Below, one piece after another: positions 51,305 to 60,767 of a stretch of 64,000 nucleotides of DNA. The notes beneath the pieces were generated by a model. That model made no database searches and was not told the origin of the DNA. It saw only the letters and a program-made list of their open reading frames with translations. Where the stretch lies: contig CAXXUA010000003.1 in NCBI GenBank assembly GCA_963663765.2, positions 256,001 through 320,000 of the forward strand, in the 5' to 3' direction. How positions within the stretch are numbered: position 1 is the first letter of the stretch; each line of letters opens with the position of its first letter. This DNA is from Candidatus Poribacteria bacterium (lineage in GTDB: Bacteria; Poribacteria; WGA-4E; WGA-3G). Both the position numbers and the translations under genes were made by a program.

Positions 51305-51592
51305 TATAGTAGAATCCGAAAATATATTTACACTCCACGATAGAATCTCACATAACACGTTTGTAGGGGTTGGGTTACCCAACCCCTACAAACGTCAATT
51401 TAAGGATTTTCACGTATTGTGGGAGGGGTTTTCAACCCCGAATTTATGCGCTTTTCCTCTCAAATCGAGGTTGAAAAACCCTCCCACAAGAAAAATGACA
51501 ACAATATTTTCTTAAATTGACGCATATGGGGTTGGGTAACCCAAACCCTACGTTCCGTGCAGCATGTGCTAATAATTACGAGTTTTACTATA
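51305..51592. mobile_element. Inverted copy of the 39225-39512 composite MITE
   Basis: About 288 bp highly similar to the reverse complement of 39225-39512, again inside an ATGAAG-end element arm (TAATAAATTAATCTTCAT at about 51602). Confidence 0.75.
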
Positions 51593-52070
51593 TAACCCGA
51601 TTAATAAATTAATCTTCATTAGGGACGATATGTGCGCATTATAAACCTAATATATGTGATAACTATAAAAACATTTGGTTAACTGGCACAAGTCGTAACT
51701 TTAGCAAGAATCTTCTAATCAAGATAATTTAGTATTAGTCTGTAGGTCGAGGTTCGAAGTTCATTCCTACAAATTGCATCGTCTCAGTAGGAGCGATCTC
51801 CGAATCTCGTGCTAATAAATCTTAGCTAGTCAGGTATATTAGACATTATATAAGTTTAATCGAAATGTTTATCATAACACCAAGTCTGAAGTTTAGACGA
51901 AAGTTATGTAATCCACAACACTGTAATTCAAATTAATTCAGGACTTACGCAAAATAAGGCTGTCAAGTCCAAAGAAAAAACCGAGTATTTTGGGATACCT
52001 CCAGCTCAAAAGAAAATCCTAAGAATTGTTTTTTTAGAGGCTACCCTCAAAAATCGCATACTACATCAAA

Positions 52071-53234
52071 AAATTACGGCACAACTATACAACTCCTCTT
52101 ATTTAGTTTTTGACTCAAAGCCAAATTCGTTATTACGCCTGTATAGGTAAGGATTTAGTCGAATTCTAAAAACCGGGAGGGTACTAAAGTTATTAGAAAT
52201 TACGGCACAACTATACAACTCCTCTTTTTAGTTTTTGTCTCAAATCCAAATTCGTTATTACGCCTGTATAGGTAAGGATTTAGTCGGATTCTAAAAACCG
52301 GGAGGGTACTAAAGTTATTAGAAATTACGGCACAACTATACAACTCCTCTTTTTTAGTTTTTACCTCAAAGCCAAATTCGTTATCACGCTTGTATAGGTA
52401 AGGATTTAGTCGGATTCTAAAAACCGGGAGGGTACTAAAGTTATTAGAAATTACGGCACAACTATACAACTCCTCTTTTTTAGTTTTTACCTCAAAGCCA
52501 AATTCGTTATCACGCCTGTATAGGTAAGGATTTAGTCGGATTCTAAAAACTGGGAGGGTACTAAAATGTTTTGAAAATACGGTATAACTCTACAACTCTC
52601 CTTTTTTAGTATTTGCCTCAAATCCAAATTCGTTATCACGCCTGTATAGGTAAGGATTTAGTCGGATTCTAAAAACTGGGAGGGTACTAAAGTTATTAGA
52701 AATTACGGCACAACTCTACAACTCCTCTTTTTTAGTTTTTACCTCAAATCCAAATTCGTTATCACGCCTGTATAGGTAAGGATTTAAACGGATTCTAAAA
52801 ACCGGGAGGGTACTAAAGTTATTAGAAATTACGGCACAACTCTACAACTCCTCTTTTTAGTTTTTGTCTCAAATCCAAATTCGTTATCACGCCTGTATAG
52901 GTAAGGATTTAGTCGGTTTTTTAAAAACTGGGAGGGTACAAAAATTATTAGAAATTACGACACAACTCTACAACTCCTCTTTTTTAGTTTTTGTCTCAAA
53001 TCCAAATTCGTTATCACGCCTGTATAGGTAAGGATTTAGTCGGATTCTAAAAACTGGGAGGGTACTAAAGTTATTAGAAATTACGACACAACTCTACAAC
53101 TCCTCTTTTTTAGTTTTTGTCTCAAATCCAAATTCGTTATCACGCCTGTATAGGTAAGGATTTAGTCGGATTCTAAAAACTGGGAGGGTACTAAAGTTAT
53201 TAGAAATTACGGCACAACTCTACAACTCCTCTTT
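52071..53234. repeat. Tandem array, about 9.25 x 126 bp, no spacers
   Basis: Unit starts 52071, 52197, 52322, 52448, 52574, 52700, 52826, 52952, 53078, 53204; units differ only by scattered SNPs and 1-nt indels. Confidence 0.97.
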
Positions 53235-53340
53235 TCTCACAATATTACACGTTCTGGTGTCTCCCCCTCATCTATAGGATTGTAATAGTCCGACAGGGTG
53301 GTATCCTTGACCTATCAAGCTGACGACCTGCCTTTATCAT

Positions 53341-53706
53341 TTTTGCCCAAAAGGGTATCAAGTAAAGTTGTTCCGGATAGCCTCCTCTATAGGGCGCACG
53401 GAATATATTGTGACAAACGATTTATCTCAATCGGATGCGGATGCGACACACTAAGAATGTCGTATGCGTTGAAAGATTGAAAAACTTCATCGTGAGATCA
53501 AACAAGTCACGGGTATTGGCAAATGTCAATGTCGCAAGTTACGTGTCCAAAGAAATCATATTGCCTGTTGTTTTCAAATATGGGTCTGTTTGAAACGTGT
53601 TGCGCGTAAACTTGGCAAAACAATTTATGAACTTAAACAAAGTTTATTGGATGATTATATGCGATATCAACTCTCAAATCCAACGTTAATCTTTGAGACT
53701 GCGTAA
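53341..53706 (+). pseudogene. IS701-like DDE transposase C-terminal remnant
   Basis: Manual translation: ...VKLFRI...TEYIVTNDLSQ...H*ECRMR*KIEKLHREIKQVTGIGKCQCRK.RVQRNHIAC...KTIYELKQSLLDDY...; stops at 53452 and 53470. Confidence 0.8.
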
Positions 53707-53810
53707 GTCCTATATAATAGACATTAATATAAGGAATACGATTATGTATAGAAGTTATTTCCGTATAGTTGGAATAATACGCGATTCTGTCCACTGTGCA
53801 AAGGAAAAAC

Positions 53811-53839
53811 TTGCACAGTATGTATAAATTTGCTATACT
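53811..53839 (+). promoter_or_regulatory. Sigma-70-type promoter of sodA
   Basis: TTGCAC-17bp-TATACT with extended TG. Confidence 0.55.
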
Positions 53840-53879
53840 TGTCTTATTCAAAAAAACAGTGAAGGAGGCTATTTTTTAA

Positions 53880-54488
53880 ATGGCACACACATTACCTAGA
53901 CTTCCTTATGCACACGATGCATTGGCACCTCATATTGATGCACAGACGATGGAAATCCATCATGGAAAACATCATCAAGGGTATGTCAACAATCTGAATG
54001 CTGCATTGGAAGGTCATGACGATCTTGCGAAATTAGATGTAGAAGAACTACTTAGAAACATTGATCAAGTTCCAGATGATATTAAACAAGCAGTTATTAA
54101 CAACGGTGGCGGACATGCAAATCATTCCCTTTTCTGGTCAATTATGGCACCGAATGGTGGTGATCCGAGTAGTGGTGAAATCGGTGAAGCGATAAAATCT
54201 GCATTTGGTTCACTTGAGGCTGCGAATGAAGAATTCACGACTGCTGCGACGAAACGTTTTGGTTCTGGTTGGGCATGGCTTGTTATCGGTGATGACGGTT
54301 TGGAAATCTATTCTACTGCGAATCAGGACAGTCCACTCATGCAGGGACATACACCTATTCTTGGTATTGATGTATGGGAACATGCATACTATCTGAACTA
54401 TCAGAACAGACGTCCAGATTATGTTGCGGCGTGGAAGAATGTTGTGAACTGGCGGCGCGTCAACGAAATATATGTAGCAAACGCTTAA
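53880..54488 (+). CDS. sodA: Superoxide dismutase [Mn]
   Basis: [33 protein letters not shown]. Confidence 0.96.
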   Translation: MAHTLPRLPYAHDALAPHIDAQTMEIHHGKHHQGYVNNLNAALEGHDDLAKLDVEELLRNIDQVPDDIKQAVINNGGGHANHSLFWSIMAPNGGDPSSGEIGEAIKSAFGSLEAANEEFTTAATKRFGSGWAWLVIGDDGLEIYSTANQDSPLMQGHTPILGIDVWEHAYYLNYQNRRPDYVAAWKNVVNWRRVNEIYVANA

Positions 54489-54505
54489 TACTGAATATGG
54501 TTTTT

Positions 54506-54535
54506 ATGGGGTAGCCTTTGGTCTACCCCATTTTC
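54506..54535 (+). terminator. Intrinsic terminator after sodA
   Basis: ATGGGGTAG-loop-CTACCCCAT followed by a T run. Confidence 0.7.
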
Positions 54536-54554
54536 TTATATTTCAGATGACTAT

Positions 54555-54845
54555 TTTCGGAATCGCGGATTACACGGATTTCTCGGATAAGACATTTACA
54601 TTAGGTTTTTTCTTATGATAAGTCATCCGTATGCGCAGCAAATAGAGTTTGATGTTTTATCCATGTGCTCTAATACCATTTCTAACAAATAATGTCATTT
54701 CGGAATCGCGGATTACACGGATTTCGCGGATAAGACCATTTGCATCAGATTTTTTTGCTTATGATAAGTCATTCGCACGCGCAGCAAATAGAGTTTGATG
54801 TTTTATATCTTCTTCTTAATACCAATTCTAACAAATAATGTCATT
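54555..54845. repeat. Diverged direct duplication, about 143-147 bp x2
   Basis: TTTCGGAATCGCGGATTACACGGATTT...GCGCAGCAAATAGAGTTTGATGTTTTAT...TCTAACAAATAATGTCATT repeated. Confidence 0.8.
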
Positions 54846-55038
54846 AAGGAATTCTATTGTTATTGTTGGTAGGAGGATCTTTCATCGGTAGGAGTGACCT
54901 CCTTGTCGCGACAGGGAGGTCGCTTCTACCGGATGTAGACGAAAGAATTAGCACTGCTATCAAGTTAAAAATTGAAGAAATGTCTGTTTATATTCAAAAT
55001 TCACCATAAATAAAATATATAATTTGTTGGAGGTAAAA

Positions 55039-55707
55039 ATGAATTTTCTTCGTAGTATAATATCTTGGATTGATTCATTTGAGGCTGGTTCTCAATTTCG
55101 GAAATGGGCAACAATTTTACTAAAGATTGTTGGTGTCCTTGTTTTTATTGCTTCGATTGTTTGGGGTATATCAATTTTGGCAGGATCAATTGCTATTGGA
55201 TCCGATTGGGGACGCGGACCTCAGGTAATTCCTATTATTGGTGCAGTTTTGGGAATCTGTATCAATATTATTGTCGGAATAGTTCTGATGATGTTGTTTT
55301 GGAACAGAGCTAAAAAAGTCAAAGATCTTGGTGAGGAATCACATTTCACTTTAATACCGATTGCTGTCATCCTTGTGCGTATGGTTGGAGAAGTTGGATT
55401 CCTTACATTCGCAGTTGCCGGTATTCAAGTATTTATTTTTTCAATCTTTGGATCGGGAATTTCAAGGATTCTTGCATCTATTACATATGATCTTGGAATA
55501 GTTGGTGACTACCGTTTTATTGCGGGTGTCATTTCTCTTGTTATTTCTGTTCTTGGAGGTGCGATAGTATTGATATTTTATTATTTTTTAGCGGAGTTAA
55601 TCAACCTATTTGTGGATATGGCTACGAACCTTAAGAAGATTGAAGCGAGTGTGTCAACTGAGGAAGTAGTTTCAGAAACTGTTGAGGAAGCAGATTCGGA
55701 TGCATAA
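55039..55707 (+). CDS. Hypothetical multi-pass membrane protein
   Basis: About 4-5 hydrophobic helices; start behind GGAGG. Confidence 0.75.
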   Translation: MNFLRSIISWIDSFEAGSQFRKWATILLKIVGVLVFIASIVWGISILAGSIAIGSDWGRGPQVIPIIGAVLGICINIIVGIVLMMLFWNRAKKVKDLGEESHFTLIPIAVILVRMVGEVGFLTFAVAGIQVFIFSIFGSGISRILASITYDLGIVGDYRFIAGVISLVISVLGGAIVLIFYYFLAELINLFVDMATNLKKIEASVSTEEVVSETVEEADSDA

Positions 55708-55865
55708 TATGATAATAATGGGTGTGAAAATATTTTGGTATTTGTCTGAACCAGGATTCTCAAGATTTGTAGATTTCCAGGATTTCTCCATCAGGTTTTT
55801 GTGCTTAGAGTAAGTGTCTCTTGGGAATAGCACGTCACTGCCTAAGCCTCTTATCCTGATAATTC

Positions 55866-56690
55866 TTGTTCAGACATAAGCAAAAACTTTACACACCCAT
55901 ACCCATATTTTTAGAGGAAAATATGAAAACGATTACGGATAAATTAGAAAAGAATAAGATGTTGAAACTCATAGAATATATATCAGTTTTTTGTTTGATA
56001 ATGGTTTTGAGTATGGGTTGTGGACAACCTAACTTGGATGACCCGAAAGTTCGAGAAAAGGTGCTTGCTGAAGCAATAGAATATGACAAGTTGCAGACTC
56101 GAAAATCACCGTCGGGTGAAGAATTGCGTTTTGCACCAAATCAGGAGAAACCTTATACTGGTTGGGTAAAGAGCGATTCGTTGGATGTAATGGATGATAT
56201 AAGTGACGAGTTTGACGACATTGACACTGCAATAACATACGATTACGAAGGAGATATGGAACTTGTTCAATATCAACATGGTAAAGTTCATGGTCTCTAT
56301 ATGAGTTGGAGAGAAAGTAGCCAGCAGAATTGTATAAGAGGCACTGTCGTGAAAGGTGTGCCAGATGGTTTGTGGACTGGATGGTATGAAAACGGACAAA
56401 AGGGGTTTGAGGGCACATGTGGAAACGGTTTGCTCAACGGGAAATGGACTGTATGGTATGAGAACAGTCAAAAATCAGTTAAAGGAACTTTCCTGAATGG
56501 CAAGATGAACGGTTTTTGGACCGGATGGCATGAGAATGGTCAAAAAGCAGGTGAAGGAACTTTCCTGAACGGCAAGGAAAATGGTTTGGTAATTGAGTGG
56601 GATGAAAACGGACAAGAGGTATCACGCGAAACCTATAAGGATGGTATAGGAGAAAACGTTGACACATTGACACCATTAAAGGAGGAGTAA
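55866..56690 (+). CDS. MORN-variant repeat (YwqK-like) lipoprotein
   Basis: Lipobox SMGC; repeats G.WT.WYENGQK..EGT..NG; true start probably downstream. Confidence 0.8.
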   Translation: MFRHKQKLYTPIPIFLEENMKTITDKLEKNKMLKLIEYISVFCLIMVLSMGCGQPNLDDPKVREKVLAEAIEYDKLQTRKSPSGEELRFAPNQEKPYTGWVKSDSLDVMDDISDEFDDIDTAITYDYEGDMELVQYQHGKVHGLYMSWRESSQQNCIRGTVVKGVPDGLWTGWYENGQKGFEGTCGNGLLNGKWTVWYENSQKSVKGTFLNGKMNGFWTGWHENGQKAGEGTFLNGKENGLVIEWDENGQEVSRETYKDGIGENVDTLTPLKEE

Positions 56691-56693
56691 ATA

Positions 56694-58706
56694 ATGGCAG
56701 AACAACACCATCACGAACTTGCTCATGTATTTGCTGATCCAACGCAAACTGTAAACGATGCACGGGGTGCTGCATCCCGCGATGTGAATACACCGTATAT
56801 TTTTCCAAAGTATACAAAGGAGGAATGGACAGAGAAAGCGGAAACATTACGCGTGCAGATTCGCGTTGCAAATGGGTTAGTACCAGAGCATGAACCGACA
56901 CCGCTCAACGCGCATGTCTTTGGAAAGATAGAACGCGATGGTTACACTGTAGAAAAGGTGTATTTTGAAGCGTTCCCAGGTTTTTACACAACAGGAAATC
57001 TATATCGTCCTAAAGGGAAAACTGGTCCGTTTCCGGGTATTGTAACGCCACATGGACATTGGGGACGTGGACGTTTGGAAGATATTGAACGCGGTTCCAT
57101 TCCTGCGCGTTGTATTAATTTTGCGAAACAGGGTTACGTTGTATTCTCTTATGACATGATTGGGGTTAACGACAGTAGCAAGCAGCTTGAACATCATTAT
57201 GGTCGAGAACGTGAGGGATTGTGGGGATTAGGTGGTATGTCACTCCAACTTCAGAACGGGATTCGCTCTATTGATTTCTTGCAAAGTCTACCGGATGTTG
57301 ATGATGAACGTATTGGTTGTACCGGTGCGTCTGGTGGTGGTACGCAAACCTTTATCCTCACAGCAGTTGATGAGCGGGTCAAGGTTTCTGCGCCTGTGAA
57401 TATGATTTCAGCGACGATGCAGGGAGGTTGCCGTTGTGAGAACGCACCGAATTTGCGGTTAGATGCGAGCAATCTTGAAATTGGGGCGTTGGCGGCACCA
57501 CGTCCGATGTTACTTGTCTCTTGTACAGGTGATTGGACAAAAGATACACAGACAGTTGAATATCCTGCTATCAAGAGTATTTATGCCCACTTTGATGCGG
57601 AAGACAAAATTCATCAGGTTCAAGTGGACGCAGATCACAACTACAATAAAGAGAGTCGTGAGGCTGTGTATGCGTGGTTTGCGAAATGGTTGTTGGGTGC
57701 TGAGGACATGTCTGCGTTCAAAGAGGTACCGTATCAGGTTGAGTCGGACGATAAGCTGCTAGTGTTTTCTGATCAAGATTTGCCTAAGAACACACTGAAA
57801 CAGGAAGAGATTCTACCTGCTTGGATGAAACTTTCACAGCAAGCGATAGAGAAGCGCAAACCGACCAATGAAGTTGAACATCAAAAGTTTAAGGAAGAGA
57901 TGGGTGTTGCTTTACAAAGTTCACTTGGGTTGCATTTACCGGAGAGTGATGAGGTGACGCTTGTTGAGCCGGAAGGTGCATTTCCAACGACATATCATAG
58001 AGACTTTTCGGCACAGCATGTTGTGCTTGGAAGGAAAGGCGTTGGGGATGCAATTCCTGCCATTTTGTTTCGTACGGAACCTTTAGTGGGACATGATCCG
58101 GTAGTTGTCATTGTGCATCCTGAAGGGAAGGCGAAATTGATTGATGCTGAGACAGGACAGCCTGTTTCTATGATAACCGATCTGTTGAGTTCTGATCGTA
58201 AGGTTTTGGCTATAGATGTTTTTGGAGTAGGGGAGCACGGTGAATATGAGAGATCAGAGGAAACGAACTTTTTTACAACCTACAACCGCACTACTGCTGC
58301 ATTACGGATACAGGATATTTTGACGACGTTGCTTTATTATACGACCAGAGGCGATGTTTCGGAGGTGAGTCTTATTGGTATCGGGGAGGCAGGAATGTGG
58401 GTATTGCTGGCTGCAGGTTTTACGAACATCAAAACCGTAGCCGTGGATGCAGCACAGTTTGATAGCGACAGTGATGATGCGTTTTTGAAAACGTTGCCTA
58501 TTCCAAGTTTGCGAAAGGTCGGTGATTTTCGTACTGCTGGTACACTTACTGCTCCGCGCAATCTTATCCTACACAACACGGGTGATGCGTTTGATACCGC
58601 ATGGATAGAAGAAGTCTATAAGAATCTTGGTATGGTGGATAACCTACTATTGAGAAAAGAGATGATGGTAGAGGTAGAGGTCGCTGGTAGGGTTGCTGAG
58701 TTATAG
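56694..58706 (+). CDS. Alpha/beta hydrolase (acetylxylan esterase-like, duplicated fold)
   Basis: GNLYRP, PHGH, GASGGG nucleophile elbow, C.CE, APRP, HNYN. Confidence 0.85.
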   Translation: MAEQHHHELAHVFADPTQTVNDARGAASRDVNTPYIFPKYTKEEWTEKAETLRVQIRVANGLVPEHEPTPLNAHVFGKIERDGYTVEKVYFEAFPGFYTTGNLYRPKGKTGPFPGIVTPHGHWGRGRLEDIERGSIPARCINFAKQGYVVFSYDMIGVNDSSKQLEHHYGREREGLWGLGGMSLQLQNGIRSIDFLQSLPDVDDERIGCTGASGGGTQTFILTAVDERVKVSAPVNMISATMQGGCRCENAPNLRLDASNLEIGALAAPRPMLLVSCTGDWTKDTQTVEYPAIKSIYAHFDAEDKIHQVQVDADHNYNKESREAVYAWFAKWLLGAEDMSAFKEVPYQVESDDKLLVFSDQDLPKNTLKQEEILPAWMKLSQQAIEKRKPTNEVEHQKFKEEMGVALQSSLGLHLPESDEVTLVEPEGAFPTTYHRDFSAQHVVLGRKGVGDAIPAILFRTEPLVGHDPVVVIVHPEGKAKLIDAETGQPVSMITDLLSSDRKVLAIDVFGVGEHGEYERSEETNFFTTYNRTTAALRIQDILTTLLYYTTRGDVSEVSLIGIGEAGMWVLLAAGFTNIKTVAVDAAQFDSDSDDAFLKTLPIPSLRKVGDFRTAGTLTAPRNLILHNTGDAFDTAWIEEVYKNLGMVDNLLLRKEMMVEVEVAGRVAEL

Positions 58707-58789
58707 TATCCTAACCTAAGTTGTTACCTAAAAGATTTCAATTTCAAAATCGGGTTAGAAACCTCTCCTACAAGATGGTTTCAAAGTAA

Positions 58790-58821
58790 AGATGTGGGTG
58801 GACCTCTGTCTACCCACATCT
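58790..58821. terminator. Hairpin between convergent genes
   Basis: AGATGTGGGT-N12-ACCCACATCT. Confidence 0.55.
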
Positions 58822-58861
58822 GTTTATCTTTAGGCGCGGTTAGTAACCGCCCACAATCTAC

Positions 58862-60412
58862 TTATAGATTATATCCACGTTCGTTGTGTTGTGACAGGTC
58901 AAGTCCCATGCGTTCATCATCCTCTTCAACACGTAAGCCGACAATGGCATCAACGATTTTCAGGATAATAAACGAAAGTACACCACTCCAAGCAATTGTG
59001 ATGACGATGCTTAGGAACTGCTTCCAGACCTGCATTCCTATTGTAACACCTTCAGCTAACCCCGCACCGCCCAATACTGTAGCGGAAAAGACACCGGTCA
59101 ATAGTGCACCGACAATCCCACCGATTCCGTGAACACCAAATGCATCAAGCGAGTCGTCATAACCGAGTTTGGATTTCAGACTGGTAGCACCCCAGAAACA
59201 GAAGATACCAGCAGCGACCCCGATAACGAGTGCTCCCATCGGTCGAACTGTACCAGAGGCAGGTGTGATTGCGACTAATCCCCCAACAGCACCTGTAACA
59301 ATTCCAAGGACACTGGGTTTTTCATGTTTGATCCATTCAATAAACATCCATGTGATTGCTGCGGTAGCGGTTGAAATTTGTGTGACCAGCATTGCCATGC
59401 CTGCTGTACCGTTTGCAGCGACAGCACTACCTGCATTGAAACCGAACCATCCGACCCAGAGCATTGAGGCACCGACGACGGTGAGCGTCAAACTGTGGGG
59501 TGGCATTGCTGTAGTCTGGTAACCGAGTCGTTTTCCGACTAAAACTGCGGCAACCAATGCGGCAATACCTGCGTTTATATGTACGACATTTCCGCCTGCA
59601 AAGTCAAGTGCTCCGATTATATCACCAAACAGAGAACCGGGACCTGACCATGCCATGTGGCAGAGTGGTGCATAAACGATGAGTGACCAGAGAGCAGAGA
59701 ATAGTAACATTGCGGAGAACTTCATCCGTTCTGCGAATGCCCCTGCTATGAGTGCGGGGGTAATAATTGCAAATGTTAGTTGGAAGACGACAAATACTGT
59801 TTCGGGAATATTTTCTGTCATGGCACCTACGTCAACTTTATTCAGGAAAATATTTCCAAGACCCCCGACAAATGAGTTGAATGTTATTTTTCCTGCCTCC
59901 ATACCAGCGGTATTGAATGCAAGACTATAACCAATGACAACCCATAGTACCGTGATTATACCTGTTAAAGCGAAACACTGCATGAGAACAGAGAGTACGT
60001 TTTGTACGCGTACAAGTCCGCCATAGAAAAGGGCAAGTCCGGGGATTGTCATGAAGAGGACGAGTGCAGTTGCGGTAAGCATCCAAGCAGTATCACCTGA
60101 ATCTAATTTTGGTGTTGTTGTTATAGCCTCATCAGAATCGGAATCATCTTCTTCCGATTCTGACGCATCCTCATCTGTTTCCTCAGCTTCTGGTGTTTCT
60201 TCAGCGGATTCCTCATCCTGTTCTACGGGAGTTTCATCTTGTTCAGTAGGTGTTTCAGCTTCCGCGTCGGTAGTCTCATGCTGGTCAGCAAACACATATT
60301 GTGCCACAAATAAACTTGGCACACCAGATATAAATAGAATTATTAAGAACGTTCCAATTAGTAAGAAATTAGAATGCTTCTTTGTAAATTGCGATGCACT
60401 TCTTTGTTGCAT
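58862..60412 (-). CDS. amtB: Ammonium transporter (AmtB type) with long acidic N-terminal extension
   Basis: PGLALFYGG, AERM, DFAGGNVVH, WFGFNAGS, DDSLDAFGVHG, GLDLSQH.E. Confidence 0.95.
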   Translation of the reverse strand: MQQRSASQFTKKHSNFLLIGTFLIILFISGVPSLFVAQYVFADQHETTDAEAETPTEQDETPVEQDEESAEETPEAEETDEDASESEEDDSDSDEAITTTPKLDSGDTAWMLTATALVLFMTIPGLALFYGGLVRVQNVLSVLMQCFALTGIITVLWVVIGYSLAFNTAGMEAGKITFNSFVGGLGNIFLNKVDVGAMTENIPETVFVVFQLTFAIITPALIAGAFAERMKFSAMLLFSALWSLIVYAPLCHMAWSGPGSLFGDIIGALDFAGGNVVHINAGIAALVAAVLVGKRLGYQTTAMPPHSLTLTVVGASMLWVGWFGFNAGSAVAANGTAGMAMLVTQISTATAAITWMFIEWIKHEKPSVLGIVTGAVGGLVAITPASGTVRPMGALVIGVAAGIFCFWGATSLKSKLGYDDSLDAFGVHGIGGIVGALLTGVFSATVLGGAGLAEGVTIGMQVWKQFLSIVITIAWSGVLSFIILKIVDAIVGLRVEEDDERMGLDLSQHNERGYNL

Positions 60413-60767
60413 CTTTTTCCTCCTTAGTTTTTACAAGCGATTTTGCTTGTGCAGTTGGTTTTAACGCAGTAGACTCATTAGTCTACATTCCAAATCTAAT
60501 CTGTAACTACATTATATTATCTGGACGAACACTACAAAAAAGGGAGATTATTACGACAAGTATTAATTTGGCATTTTATCAGATTATAACAAAGGTTTCA
60601 AGTGATTACTTTAAAAGTGAAAAGAGGATCTCAATAAACAGCAAAATAGGTACGTCCATTAGCCAAGAAGTTATACACAGGGATATTAGTGAAACTTCCT
60701 ATGGACGACCTATTTTGCGATGTATATAACCTACGAATTTGTATTCGGCGGTTATGCGAAAATGTAT

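Larger units (their letters stand above)
51939..53712 (+). mobile_element. Decayed IS701-like element carrying a tandem array
   Basis: TIR CAGGACTTACGCA (51939-51951) / TGCGTAAGTCCTA (53700-53712); transposase remnant stops inside the right TIR. Confidence 0.65.

Noticed and set aside
52200-52469. 42-aa repeat protein, or TAG read-through along the array
   Set aside because: TAG in six units, frameshifting indels in units 2 and 7, and no clear synonymous bias; no support for recoding
52071-53234. CRISPR or TIGR-like guide array
   Set aside because: No unique spacers; units differ only by SNPs; no cas genes in the window
55866-56690. YwqJK toxin-antitoxin pair
   Set aside because: Only a MORN-repeat lipoprotein; no adjacent deaminase or other toxin gene
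60413-60767. Hidden glnK/PII gene between the amt genes
   Set aside because: No suitable minus-strand ORF or PII motifs
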